A stretch of 32,000 nt of DNA, taken from assembly GCA_029851085.1 (NCBI GenBank), contig CP100318.1, positions 1-32,000 of the forward strand, read 5' to 3'. Positions 10,758 to 20,908 of the stretch are shown piece by piece. The position numbers and the translations under genes are program-made. The notes beneath the pieces were generated by a model. That model had not been told where the DNA came from, did no database searches, and saw only the letters and a list, made by a program, of their open reading frames with translations. This DNA comes from Candidatus Saccharimonadota bacterium. GTDB taxonomy: Bacteria > Bacteroidota > Bacteroidia > Flavobacteriales > Blattabacteriaceae. Within the stretch, counting starts at the first letter, position 1; each line of letters opens with the position of its first letter.

Positions 10758-12833
10758 TTATTTTCTAATTTCAGCTCCTAATTTTTCTTTAAAAACTTGT
10801 TTAAGTTTATTCATTATTTCATCTATTATTTGATTTGTTAATGTTTGTTTTTTACTTTCAAAATAAAAACTTATAGCATAAGATTTCTTACCTATAGGTA
10901 ATTGCTTACCATGATATATATCAAAAAGTTTTACTTTTGTAAGTAAGTTTTTTTCCGTATTTATTGCTAAATAATAAATATCTTCAAAAAGTATATTTAT
11001 ATCCAGTAATAATGATAAATCTCTTTTAATACCAGGATATTTAGAAATATTAATATATTTTATATTTTTTTGTTTAAAACAAACATCAGTAAAAATTTGC
11101 AAATTAAATTCAGCATAAAATACATTTTGATAAATATCAAATTTTTTTGTTATAGTTTCTCTAACTTTACCTATTTTAAATAAATTATAATTTAGATATT
11201 TTATTATAAGAGTTTCATATAAAAAATGATCATTAAATATTAATTTCTGAGTTGTATTATTAATACCAATTTTTTGCATTATTTGTTCTATAATACCCTT
11301 TAAATAAAAAAAAGATAGATCTAAAGAATCTACATTTATCCATTTTATATTTTCTATTTTACCAGTTATAGATAAACTTAAATATTTTGTTTCTAAGAAA
11401 TTATTATCTTTATAAAGATAAGATTTTCCAAATTCAAATAATTTTAGATTAAAATTTTTTCTCTTTATATTATAAGAAATACTTTCTAGCATACCGAATA
11501 AAAGATTTGGTTGCATTATAGATAAATCAGTACTTAATGGATTAATAACATTAACTATCATTTTATTTGTACTAGTATTTAATAAATTTATATAATTATC
11601 TTTTTTTAAAGAAATAGTAATTATTTCATTAAAACCATGAGCTAATAATTGTTGAGAAATAGTTTCTTCTATTTTAGAATAAAATTCATATGATGAATAA
11701 TTTTTTTTTGATTCATTGTATGAATAATTATTAATTGATTTTAAATTATTATATCCATAAATACGTAATATTTCTTCTATTATATCTATTTCACGTTTTA
11801 CATCTATCCTATATAATGGAACAGAAAGTATTAATGATTCTTCATTTTTAGAAATAATTTTAATTTCCAAAAGTTCTAAAATTTGACAAATTTTATTATG
11901 TGATATTTTGCATCCAATAATATTATATATTTTATTATATCGTAATCTAATTTTAGAATTAGATATATGTATAGGATATATGTCTATAATATCAGAAGAT
12001 ATATATCCACATGCAATTTCTTTTATTAATAATGCTGCGCGTTTTAATGCATAAATAGTTTTATTAGGATCTATTCCTCGTTCAAAACGAAAAGAATGTT
12101 CAGTATTTAAATTATGTATTTTAACACTTTTACGTATAGATAAAGGATTAAAATAAGCACTATCAATAAAAATATTTTTAGTATTATTAGTAACTTTATA
12201 ATTAATTCCTTCAAATATTCCAGCTAGACAAATAGGATTATTGTTATCGCAAATAATTAAATCATCTAATGATAAATTAATTTTATCTAAAAATGTATTG
12301 TTATTATTAACAGTGGTAACTTTAATATTAAATCCTTTAATTTTATCAGCATCAAATACATGCATAGGTTGACCTACTTCAAACATTACAAAATTAATAA
12401 TATCTATTATATTATTAATAGGATTAATTCCGATAATTTTTAATCTATTTTGTAGCCATTTTGGAGATTCAAAAATTTTAATTTTAGATATAGTTATTCC
12501 TGAATAACGTAAACATTTTTTTGTGTTTTCTACATTTATATTAATTGGAATCCAATCTATATTTTTTTTAAAATTTTTTACAGAAGGCATTATTAATTTA
12601 GCTTTATATTCACGAGTTATTAAAGCTGCATATAAATCTCTAGCTATTCCATAATGACTTATAGCATCAGAACGATTAGGTGTGATAACTATATCAATAG
12701 CCCAATCCATTAAATTATTATAATATTTTATGTTTTCTACTGATAAACCTATATCAGTTAATATATTTGATATTTGATTGATATCTAAGTCTGTAATAAG
12801 ATATTCTTTAAGCCATTTATAAGATATTATCAT
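10758..12833 (-). CDS. pheT: Phenylalanine--tRNA ligase beta subunit (short form)
   Basis: 691-aa ORF starting [12 protein letters not shown] with [18 protein letters not shown]. It is about 100 aa shorter than typical PheT (see findings). Confidence 0.92.
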   Translation of the reverse strand: MIISYKWLKEYLITDLDINQISNILTDIGLSVENIKYYNNLMDWAIDIVITPNRSDAISHYGIARDLYAALITREYKAKLIMPSVKNFKKNIDWIPININVENTKKCLRYSGITISKIKIFESPKWLQNRLKIIGINPINNIIDIINFVMFEVGQPMHVFDADKIKGFNIKVTTVNNNNTFLDKINLSLDDLIICDNNNPICLAGIFEGINYKVTNNTKNIFIDSAYFNPLSIRKSVKIHNLNTEHSFRFERGIDPNKTIYALKRAALLIKEIACGYISSDIIDIYPIHISNSKIRLRYNKIYNIIGCKISHNKICQILELLEIKIISKNEESLILSVPLYRIDVKREIDIIEEILRIYGYNNLKSINNYSYNESKKNYSSYEFYSKIEETISQQLLAHGFNEIITISLKKDNYINLLNTSTNKMIVNVINPLSTDLSIMQPNLLFGMLESISYNIKRKNFNLKLFEFGKSYLYKDNNFLETKYLSLSITGKIENIKWINVDSLDLSFFYLKGIIEQIMQKIGINNTTQKLIFNDHFLYETLIIKYLNYNLFKIGKVRETITKKFDIYQNVFYAEFNLQIFTDVCFKQKNIKYINISKYPGIKRDLSLLLDINILFEDIYYLAINTEKNLLTKVKLFDIYHGKQLPIGKKSYAISFYFESKKQTLTNQIIDEIMNKLKQVFKEKLGAEIRK

Positions 12834-12839
12834 ATTTAT

Positions 12840-13970
12840 TTATTGAGAATAATATGGCATAACTAACATTAATAATTCTTCTTCTTCTAAAGAATCAAAA
12901 GGTTTCAAAATTCCTGCTAAATTTGGTTTTGATAATTCAAATATAATATTTTCTCCATCAATATGTGATATTATATCTATTAAAAATTTTGAATTAAATC
13001 CTATTTTAAAATCTTTACCTGTATAATCACATTTTAATGTTTCAAAAGCTTGATTTGAAAAATCAATATCTTTTGCTATAAGATTCAATTTTTGAGATTT
13101 TAAATCTAAACATATTTGATAATTTTTTTTACTAGAAAAAAGTGCCATACGTTTAAGAGAATTTAAAAAAATATTTTTATTTATAATAAATTTTTTATCA
13201 TTATTTTTAGGAATTACAGATTCATAATTTGGATAATTACCAGTAATTAGTTTACATATTAATGTTTTGTCAGATAAAGAAAATTTTGTATTACTATCAT
13301 TATAATATATTGTCAATTGTTCTTCTTTTTTTGTCTTTAAAATACTTTTTAATATTTTTAATGGTTTTTTAGGAATAATTAATTTAGCAATTTGATTATT
13401 ATTTATAATAATATCTTTTCTAACATATTTTACTAATTTATAAGAATCTGTGCTTACAAAAACAGATTTATTAGTAGTAATATCAAAAAATACTCCTGTC
13501 ATAACTTGTTTAAATTCATCATTTCCTGAAGCAAATAATGTTTTATCAATTATTTTTGAAAATGTATTTGTGGATAATTTTATTGTACCTATATAATTAA
13601 TATTAGAAATATAAAGTGTAGGAAATGTTTCTGCATTTTGTATAGTTATGGTATAATTTCCATATTTAGAAATAATATTAAGTATATGTTCATTTTCTGA
13701 ATAAAATGTAATAGGTTGTTCAGAAAAATTTTTTAACGTATTTATAATTAATTTAGCTGGAACTGCAATTTTTCCTATTTGATAATTTTTAATGATATCA
13801 ATTTTAGTAATTAAAGTAATTTCTAAATCAGAAGCTATAACAAATAGTTTTTTATCTTTTACTTTAAAAATAAAATTATTTAAAATAGAAATAGGATTAT
13901 TGTAATTAATAATACCATTAAAATATTGTAAATATTTTAATAATTTATTACTTGAAATAGTAAATTTCAT
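12840..13970 (-). CDS. dnaN: DNA polymerase III beta sliding clamp
   Basis: 376-aa ORF, MKFTISSNKLLKYLQ..., of clamp-like length with the three-domain repeat pattern and the ending LLMLVMP typical of DnaN. Confidence 0.9.
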   Translation of the reverse strand: MKFTISSNKLLKYLQYFNGIINYNNPISILNNFIFKVKDKKLFVIASDLEITLITKIDIIKNYQIGKIAVPAKLIINTLKNFSEQPITFYSENEHILNIISKYGNYTITIQNAETFPTLYISNINYIGTIKLSTNTFSKIIDKTLFASGNDEFKQVMTGVFFDITTNKSVFVSTDSYKLVKYVRKDIIINNNQIAKLIIPKKPLKILKSILKTKKEEQLTIYYNDSNTKFSLSDKTLICKLITGNYPNYESVIPKNNDKKFIINKNIFLNSLKRMALFSSKKNYQICLDLKSQKLNLIAKDIDFSNQAFETLKCDYTGKDFKIGFNSKFLIDIISHIDGENIIFELSKPNLAGILKPFDSLEEEELLMLVMPYYSQ

Positions 13971-13987
13971 GAAATAGTAAATTTCAT
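13953..13987. repeat. 17-bp tandem duplication (2 copies) covering the dnaN start codon and first 5 codons
   Basis: GAAATAGTAAATTTCAT occurs at 13954-13970 and again, identical, at 13971-13987. Confidence 0.95.
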
Positions 13988-14002
13988 AATTAATATTATT
14001 AG

Positions 14003-14076
14003 TAGCGTGAGGGGGATTTGAACCCCCGACCTCCGGGTTATGAATCCGACGCTCTAACCATCTGAGCTATCACGCC
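14003..14076 (-). tRNA. tRNA with CAT anticodon (Met, fMet or lysidine-Ile; type unresolved)
   Basis: Acceptor GGCGTGA/TCACGCT with a G1-U72 wobble, anticodon arm TCGGA-TTCATAA-CCCGG, T loop TTCAAAT. 74 nt. Confidence 0.8.
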
Positions 14077-14129
14077 TTTTATTTATATTTTTAATAATAT
14101 ATTATTAATTATTTATATTTTATTTTTAA

Positions 14130-14687
14130 ATGAGAATTATTTCTGGAAAATTAAAAGGAAAAATATTTTCAATACCTAAAAATTTATCTAAAATTAGACC
14201 AACTACAGATAGAGCTAAAGAATCATTATTTAATATATTAAATAATAAAATTATATTTAATAATAAATTAGTTGTAGATTTATTTTGTGGAATAGGAAGT
14301 ATAAGTTATGAATTTGTTTCTAGAGGAATTTCTAAAATATATTCTTTAGATATTAATGCTATGTGTATTCAATATATACGAAAAAAATCTATAGATTTTA
14401 ATATCCAAAATAAAATTTTAGCATTAAAATATAACGTATTTTTTTTTTTAAAAAAAAATAGAAATCTTAATTCAGATATAATTTTTGCTGATCCACCTTA
14501 TGGTATGGAAGATAAATATTTTTTATTATTAATAAATTTATGTTTTAATAATGAATTGATTAAAAAAAATGGTATTCTAATTATAGAACATCCAGTTAAT
14601 AAACAAATATTTTGTGATAATAAAAATTATATTAATACAAAAAAATATGGAAGAATTTGTTTTAGTTTTTTTACTAAAAAAAATTAA
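14130..14687 (+). CDS. rsmD: 16S rRNA (guanine966-N2)-methyltransferase
   Basis: 185-aa ORF: MRIISGKLKG...RPTTDRAKESLFNIL, a SAM motif VVDLFCGIGS, and the DPPY catalytic motif. Confidence 0.88.
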   Translation: MRIISGKLKGKIFSIPKNLSKIRPTTDRAKESLFNILNNKIIFNNKLVVDLFCGIGSISYEFVSRGISKIYSLDINAMCIQYIRKKSIDFNIQNKILALKYNVFFFLKKNRNLNSDIIFADPPYGMEDKYFLLLINLCFNNELIKKNGILIIEHPVNKQIFCDNKNYINTKKYGRICFSFFTKKN

Positions 14688-14709
14688 ATTTGTTTTATAT
14701 TTATATAAC

Positions 14710-14791
14710 ATAAATATGTCTGTTCCTATAACATCAAATTTTAAAAACAATAATTAATAAATATGTCTGTTCCTATAACATCAAATTTTAA
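14710..14791. repeat. 35-bp direct repeat (2 identical copies, 12-bp spacer) duplicating the rpsA start region
   Basis: ATAAATATGTCTGTTCCTATAACATCAAATTTTAA occurs at 14710-14744 and at 14757-14791. Confidence 0.95.
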
Positions 14792-16499
14792 TTTGGAAGA
14801 ATTCGATTGGATAACTTATGAAAATGGATTAAATGAATCTGAAAAAGATGAAATAGAAAAATTTAAGGAAAATTATGAAAAAACAATTCCTAATATTAAT
14901 GAATATGAAATACATAAAGGTTTTGTAACATATATAGAAAATAAAGAAATTATTGTTGATTTTGGCTTTAAATCTGAAGGAATTATATCATTAAATGAAT
15001 TTAAAGATGATAAAATTCCTAATATAGGTGATACTATTGAAGTAATGATTTATAAACTTGATTATAAAGGTGAATGTATTCTTTCTTATCAAAAAGCTAA
15101 AATGTTAAAAAATTGGCTTCATATAAATGATTCATATGAAAAAGGGGATGTAATATTAGGAATGGTTACAGCTCGTACAAAAGGAGGATTGATAGTAAAA
15201 ATTTTTGATATTGAATGTTTTTTACCAGGATCACATATTAATATAAAACCAACACGAGATTATGATAATTATGTAGGAAAAACTATAGAAGTTAAAGTAG
15301 TTAAACTTAATAAGAAAACTAAAAATGTTGTAGTATCACATAAAATATTAATAGAACAAGATCTTGAAGAACAAAAAAAAGAAATAATATCTACTTTAAA
15401 TAAAGGTCAAATAGTAGAAGGAACTGTTAAAAACATACTTCCTTATGGTTGTTTTGTAGATTTAGGTGGAATTGATGCATTAATACATATTACTGACATA
15501 AAATGGAAAAGAATTGAACATCCTTCAGAAGAAGTTAAATTAGGTCAAGTTTTAAATTGTGTAGTATTAGGAATAGACAAAGAAAAAAATAGGGTTCAAT
15601 TAGGATTAAAACAATTACAAAAACATCCTTGGGAGATATTAGATTCTAATTTAAAAGTAGGAAATATAATTACAGGAACTGTAACAGTGTTAGCAGATTA
15701 TGGTGCAATTGTAGAAATAATTCCAGGTGTAGAAGGATTAATACATACTAGTGAAATGTCTTGGGATTCAAATTTACTGTGTGCAAGAGATTTTTTGAAA
15801 GTTGGTGATAAAGTAAAAGCTGTAATTATAACTTTAGATCGTGAAGAAAGAAAAATGTATTTAAGTATAAAACAACTAACATCTGATCCATGGAATAGTA
15901 TACAAAAAAAATATCCTGTAGGATCTAAACAGACAGGAATAATTCACAGTTTTACTAATTTTGGTGTTTTTGTGGAATTACAAAAAGATATAAGGGGAAT
16001 TATTTATACATATGATTTATCATGGACTAAAAAAATTAAACATCCTTCAGAATTTTGTAATAAAGGAGATAAAATTGATGTAGTAGTATTAAATTTAGAT
16101 ATTAATGCTCGTCGTTTGAATTTGGGACATAAACAATTATATAAAAATCCTTTTGAAGAATATGAAAATATATTTACTATAGGATCAATACATAAAGGTC
16201 TAGTTATTAAAAAATTTGATAAAGGTGCTTCAATTAAAATTGAAAACAATGATAAATCTATAGAGGCTTTTGCTCCATTTCGTTATTTAGAAACTAAAAA
16301 TAAATCAATTTTAAAAAAAGGAGATATAGCTGATTTTAAGATAATGGAATTTAATAAAGAATCAAAAACAATTATTGTTTCTCATACTTATACATTTATT
16401 AATAAAAAAATTAAAAAACATAAATCTACTTTTGGAGATTTTACAGAATTAACTAATTTAAAAAAATTAATTGAAAGCAAATCCAATAAAAAAGAATAA
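14763..16499 (+). CDS. rpsA: 30S ribosomal protein S1
   Basis: 578-aa ORF with six repeated S1 (OB-fold) modules recognisable from the recurring G.V..I...G.FV.L motif. Confidence 0.95.
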   Translation: MSVPITSNFNLEEFDWITYENGLNESEKDEIEKFKENYEKTIPNINEYEIHKGFVTYIENKEIIVDFGFKSEGIISLNEFKDDKIPNIGDTIEVMIYKLDYKGECILSYQKAKMLKNWLHINDSYEKGDVILGMVTARTKGGLIVKIFDIECFLPGSHINIKPTRDYDNYVGKTIEVKVVKLNKKTKNVVVSHKILIEQDLEEQKKEIISTLNKGQIVEGTVKNILPYGCFVDLGGIDALIHITDIKWKRIEHPSEEVKLGQVLNCVVLGIDKEKNRVQLGLKQLQKHPWEILDSNLKVGNIITGTVTVLADYGAIVEIIPGVEGLIHTSEMSWDSNLLCARDFLKVGDKVKAVIITLDREERKMYLSIKQLTSDPWNSIQKKYPVGSKQTGIIHSFTNFGVFVELQKDIRGIIYTYDLSWTKKIKHPSEFCNKGDKIDVVVLNLDINARRLNLGHKQLYKNPFEEYENIFTIGSIHKGLVIKKFDKGASIKIENNDKSIEAFAPFRYLETKNKSILKKGDIADFKIMEFNKESKTIIVSHTYTFINKKIKKHKSTFGDFTELTNLKKLIESKSNKKE

Positions 16500-16528
16500 T
16501 AATTCTATTAGAATATACTAAATTGATC

Positions 16529-19500
16529 CTAATAATCAATTGTCCAATTTCCTTTTTCTTTTATTAAAAAATTTTCTAATTGTTTATATTTAATACGTTT
16601 AATATCACCATTAATGATATTACGTAATGTAATATAATCCTTACTATTAATATTATTTAATAATTTAAAAAATTCTTCTGAAAGATTCAATTTATTTATT
16701 GAATTTAATTTAAATTTAAATAAAAAAGATACTATATTTTTATATATATCATTAATTACTTTTTTAAAAAGAGTAAAAGCTTTGCTTTTATAAACTAAAA
16801 TAGGATCTTTTTGTTCATAAACTGCATTTTGTACAAAATTACGTAAATCGTCCATTTCACTAAGATGTTGTTTCCATAGAGAATCTATAACATTCAAAAT
16901 AATTTTTTGTTCAATATTATTAAATTGTATATTTACATCATATGATGATATTAATATATTTCTATTTCCATCAGATAATAAAATATTATTTTTATCTATT
17001 AAAGACTTAAACTCATTAAGTTTTATACTTTTAATAAGTTTATAATGTTTCATTATTATAATGAATAATTCATTGATAATATTTTTTTGATTTGAACTAA
17101 AAATTTCAATAATTTGGTTTGTAATTAATCCAAAAATATTAATTAATTCTGATTTAAAATGTTCTAAATTTTTTTTATTATTATTAACAATTTCATTAAT
17201 TACATGATAAATCATCTTTGAAATATCTATATCAATATGTTTTCCTAAAATAGCAGATTTACGTAAATTATAAATTATTTCTCTTTGTTTATTCATTACA
17301 TTATCATATTCTAGTAATCGTTTTCGTATCATAAAATTATTTTCTTCTACTTTTTTTTGAGCACGTTCTATTGAACGTGTAATTAATGAGTGTTGTATTG
17401 CCTCACCAATTATATCCATTAATTTGGATAATCTATCTGATCCTATGAATAAACGCATTAATTTATCTTCTAAAGAAACATAAAATTGAGAACTTCCTGG
17501 ATCTCCTTGACGACCTGCACGTCCTCTTAATTGACGATCTATACGTCTTGACTCATGTCTTTCAGTTCCTAAAATTGCTAAACCTCCATATTTTATAACT
17601 TCTTTAGAAAGTTTAATATCAGTACCTCGTCCTGCCATATTAGTAGCGATAGTTACTACACTAGTAGATCCAGCTTGGGCAATAATATCAGCTTCTTTTT
17701 TATGTAATTTAGCATTTAAAACATTATGTTTAATATTTCTTAATTTTAATGCACAACTTAAAAGTTCTGAAACTTCTACAGAAGTAGTTCCTACTAATAC
17801 TGGACGTTTATATTTTGTTGATAACAGTACTATTTCTTCAATAATTGCATTATATTTTTCACGCATTGTTTTAAAAACAAGATCTTCTTTATCAAGACGT
17901 TTTATAGGTTTATTAGGTGGTATAATTACTACATCTAATTTATATAAATACCAAAATTCATCAGCTTCAGTTTCTGCAGTACCAGTCATACCAGATATTT
18001 TATTATACATTCTAAAATAATTTTGTAAAGTAATACTAGCTAAAGTTTGACTAGGAGATTCTATTTTAACATTTTCCTTAGCTTCAATAGCTTGATGTAT
18101 ACCATCAGCATAACGACGACCTTCTATTATTCTTCCAGTTTGTTCATCAACAATTTTAACATGTCCATCTAAAACAACATAATCAACATCTTTATTAAAA
18201 AGTGTATAAGCTTTTAATAATTGATTAATAGCGTGAATACGTTTTGACTTATATGAATAAATATTTAATATTTTTTCTCTTTGAGTAAATTCTTCTTCTT
18301 TAGATAAATTTATTAATTCTAAATTAATAATTTCCATTGTTATATCAGGTAATATAAAAAACGAGTTATCATTTACACTTTTTGAAATAAAATCAATTCC
18401 TTTATCTGTAAGTACTACAGTATTATTAGCTTCATTTATGATAAAATATAAGTCAACATCAACTGTTGACATATCTTCACAATTATCTTTATTATATTTA
18501 TTTTCAGTATTTTGTAAAATATTGAGTATATTTTTTTCACTTAAAAATTTTATTAAAGGTTTATATTTAGGTAAACCTCTATAAACTTGTAAAAGTTTAA
18601 AACCACCTAAAAGAGTATCACCTTTTTTAATTAATTCACGTGAATTTTTAAGAATTTTACTTAATTCTATACGTTGTTTTTCAATCATAGATTGAACTAC
18701 ATTTTTCAACAAATAAAAATTATTTTCTAAATTATTTTCTTTAGTATCTATTGGACCTGATATAATTAAAGGAGTACGAGCTTCATCAATTAATACCGAA
18801 TCTACTTCATCAATAATTACATAATTAAGTTCACGTTGCATTAAATCTTTTTTATTTTGCACCATATTATCACGCAAATAATCAAATCCAAATTCGTTAT
18901 TGCTACCATAAGTAATATCTGCTTGATAAGCTTCTTTACGCATATTAGTATTTGGAATATATTTATCTATACAATCTACTTTAAGTCCATGAAATTCCAT
19001 TAAAGGTGCTATCCATGCAGCATCCCTTTTTGCTAAATAATCATTTACAGTAACTACATGAACTCCTCTTCCAGTTAAAGCATTTAAATAAATTGGTAAA
19101 GTTGCTACTAATGTTTTACCTTCACCAGTAGCCATTTCAGCAATTTTACCATGATGAAGTATTATTCCACCTAAAATTTGTACATCATAATAAATGATAT
19201 CCCATATTATGGGTTTTCCTGCAGCATCCCAAGATGTTTTCCAAATAGCTTTGTCTTCTTGTAAAATAACATAATCTTTATTTAAAGAAAATTCTTTATC
19301 AAAAAAAGTAGCTTTAACTATAAGTTCTTTATTTTCTTTAAAACGTCTAGAAGTTTCTATAACTACAGCAAAAGCTTCAGGAAGTAATTTATTTAAACAA
19401 TCTTTTTCTATTTGATACATTTCTTTTTTTAATTTTTCTAATTGTATATAAATACTTTCTTTTAAAGAAAGATCAGAAGATTGTTCAATTTTCGTTTTTA

Positions 19501-19708
19501 AACTTTCTATTTTATTATAAATTTCTTGTGTACAATTTTTAATTTTATTTTTAAATTCAATTGTTTTATAACGTAACATCTCATTCGAAATAGAATGTAA
19601 AGTATATTCTATTTGTTTTATAGAGGATAAATATTTTTTAGCCTCTATAATAGATCGTTCATTTTTATTTCCTAATAATTTTTTTAAAATTTTTTTTAAA
19701 AATGTCAT
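16529..19708 (-). CDS. secA: Preprotein translocase ATPase SecA
   Basis: 1059-aa ORF with MATGEGKTLVATLP (Walker A), VHVVTVNDYLAKRD, DEVDSVLIDEARTPLIISG and TNMAGRGTDI motifs. Confidence 0.97.
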   Translation of the reverse strand: MTFLKKILKKLLGNKNERSIIEAKKYLSSIKQIEYTLHSISNEMLRYKTIEFKNKIKNCTQEIYNKIESLKTKIEQSSDLSLKESIYIQLEKLKKEMYQIEKDCLNKLLPEAFAVVIETSRRFKENKELIVKATFFDKEFSLNKDYVILQEDKAIWKTSWDAAGKPIIWDIIYYDVQILGGIILHHGKIAEMATGEGKTLVATLPIYLNALTGRGVHVVTVNDYLAKRDAAWIAPLMEFHGLKVDCIDKYIPNTNMRKEAYQADITYGSNNEFGFDYLRDNMVQNKKDLMQRELNYVIIDEVDSVLIDEARTPLIISGPIDTKENNLENNFYLLKNVVQSMIEKQRIELSKILKNSRELIKKGDTLLGGFKLLQVYRGLPKYKPLIKFLSEKNILNILQNTENKYNKDNCEDMSTVDVDLYFIINEANNTVVLTDKGIDFISKSVNDNSFFILPDITMEIINLELINLSKEEEFTQREKILNIYSYKSKRIHAINQLLKAYTLFNKDVDYVVLDGHVKIVDEQTGRIIEGRRYADGIHQAIEAKENVKIESPSQTLASITLQNYFRMYNKISGMTGTAETEADEFWYLYKLDVVIIPPNKPIKRLDKEDLVFKTMREKYNAIIEEIVLLSTKYKRPVLVGTTSVEVSELLSCALKLRNIKHNVLNAKLHKKEADIIAQAGSTSVVTIATNMAGRGTDIKLSKEVIKYGGLAILGTERHESRRIDRQLRGRAGRQGDPGSSQFYVSLEDKLMRLFIGSDRLSKLMDIIGEAIQHSLITRSIERAQKKVEENNFMIRKRLLEYDNVMNKQREIIYNLRKSAILGKHIDIDISKMIYHVINEIVNNNKKNLEHFKSELINIFGLITNQIIEIFSSNQKNIINELFIIIMKHYKLIKSIKLNEFKSLIDKNNILLSDGNRNILISSYDVNIQFNNIEQKIILNVIDSLWKQHLSEMDDLRNFVQNAVYEQKDPILVYKSKAFTLFKKVINDIYKNIVSFLFKFKLNSINKLNLSEEFFKLLNNINSKDYITLRNIINGDIKRIKYKQLENFLIKEKGNWTIDY

Positions 19709-19730
19709 TTGAAAACATTATGTAAATAAA

Positions 19731-19958
19731 TTATAATTCATATTCTCCTCTATTATACATAAAATCTTCGTCTGTAGTAGGAATATCAGGCCATATATCT
19801 TGTAAAGATTCATATATTTCTTGATCATCTAATTCTTTAAGATTTTCTACAACTTCTAAAGGAGCACCACTACGAATAGCATAATCAATTAGTTCAGTTT
19901 TAGTAGCAGGCCAAGGTGCATCTTCTAAATAAGAAATTAATTCTAAAGTCCAGTACAT
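19731..19958 (-). CDS. Small conserved protein, DUF2795-like
   Basis: 75-aa ORF (PWPATKTELIDYAIRSGAPLEVVENLKEL). My recollection is that this matches the DUF2795 family. Its composition is markedly less AT-skewed than its neighbours, which suggests constraint. Confidence 0.6.
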   Translation of the reverse strand: MYWTLELISYLEDAPWPATKTELIDYAIRSGAPLEVVENLKELDDQEIYESLQDIWPDIPTTDEDFMYNRGEYEL

Positions 19959-20005
19959 AATATTAATAATTTATATATTGTATAATAATAACAAAAAAAA
20001 AATAT

Positions 20006-20908
20006 TTAACATTCTTTTTTATAACGTTTAATATGTTCTTGTATAGATTCTTTTACGGGAATAAATTTGTATTTTAATATTTTAATTATTTTTTCATTTG
20101 AAAAATGAATATAGTTTTTTTTAAAAAAATTTAAAATTTTTTTATTAAAATTTTTTTTTAAAAAAATTTTTCTTTTTTTATTAAAAGAATAAATATTATT
20201 TATATTTCTTATTTCTTCATAAGAAATATTTTCACTATTTAATAGATAACGTTCATTTATATGATTTTCATCCATTAAACGAATACAACATTTAGCTACA
20301 TCTCTAACATCAATACATCCAATAGTACCTATTGGCGATTTATTTATAATAAATTCAAATAAATTTTTTTTTTTCCAAAATCCTGAAGCTAAAACAATAC
20401 TAGGATTTACAATAATAACATTTAATCCTTCTTTATTACCACGCCATACTTCTATTTCTGATAAAAATTTAGTATAATAATCATTATTATATAATTTGTT
20501 TGTTAAAAACAATTCTGTAATATGATTATTTACTTGATCATTAGAAATGAATATTGAATTAATGTAACATATTTTTTTTACACCTGTAGCAATACATATA
20601 TTAATTACATCAGTTATATCAGTAATATTTTTTTTAAAAAATCCTTGCCAAAGGCTTATTAAATTATTTGTGTAATATACTTCATCTATTCCTTCAAATA
20701 TTGATGTATTAAATATATCATCATTAACCCATTCTATATTTTTTAATAAAAAATTAGTTGTTTTTTGTGTATTATAATAATTAAATATATGTTTTAATAT
20801 ATCAATACATTTTTTTGTTCGTAATACTCTAACATTTTTTCCTTTTTTAAGAAGATATAATAATATATAACTACTTATTAAATCATTTACTTTTAAAATA
20901 AAAGTCAT
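20006..20908 (-). CDS. Degenerate NAD-dependent epimerase/dehydratase (extended SDR) family protein
   Basis: 300-aa ORF of SDR-like length and layout (YYTKFLSEIEVW...GLNVIIVNPSIVLASG). The N-terminal GxxGxxG is replaced by KVNDLISS. The start ATG overlaps the ruvC stop (ATGA). Confidence 0.6.
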   Translation of the reverse strand: MTFILKVNDLISSYILLYLLKKGKNVRVLRTKKCIDILKHIFNYYNTQKTTNFLLKNIEWVNDDIFNTSIFEGIDEVYYTNNLISLWQGFFKKNITDITDVINICIATGVKKICYINSIFISNDQVNNHITELFLTNKLYNNDYYTKFLSEIEVWRGNKEGLNVIIVNPSIVLASGFWKKKNLFEFIINKSPIGTIGCIDVRDVAKCCIRLMDENHINERYLLNSENISYEEIRNINNIYSFNKKRKIFLKKNFNKKILNFFKKNYIHFSNEKIIKILKYKFIPVKESIQEHIKRYKKEC

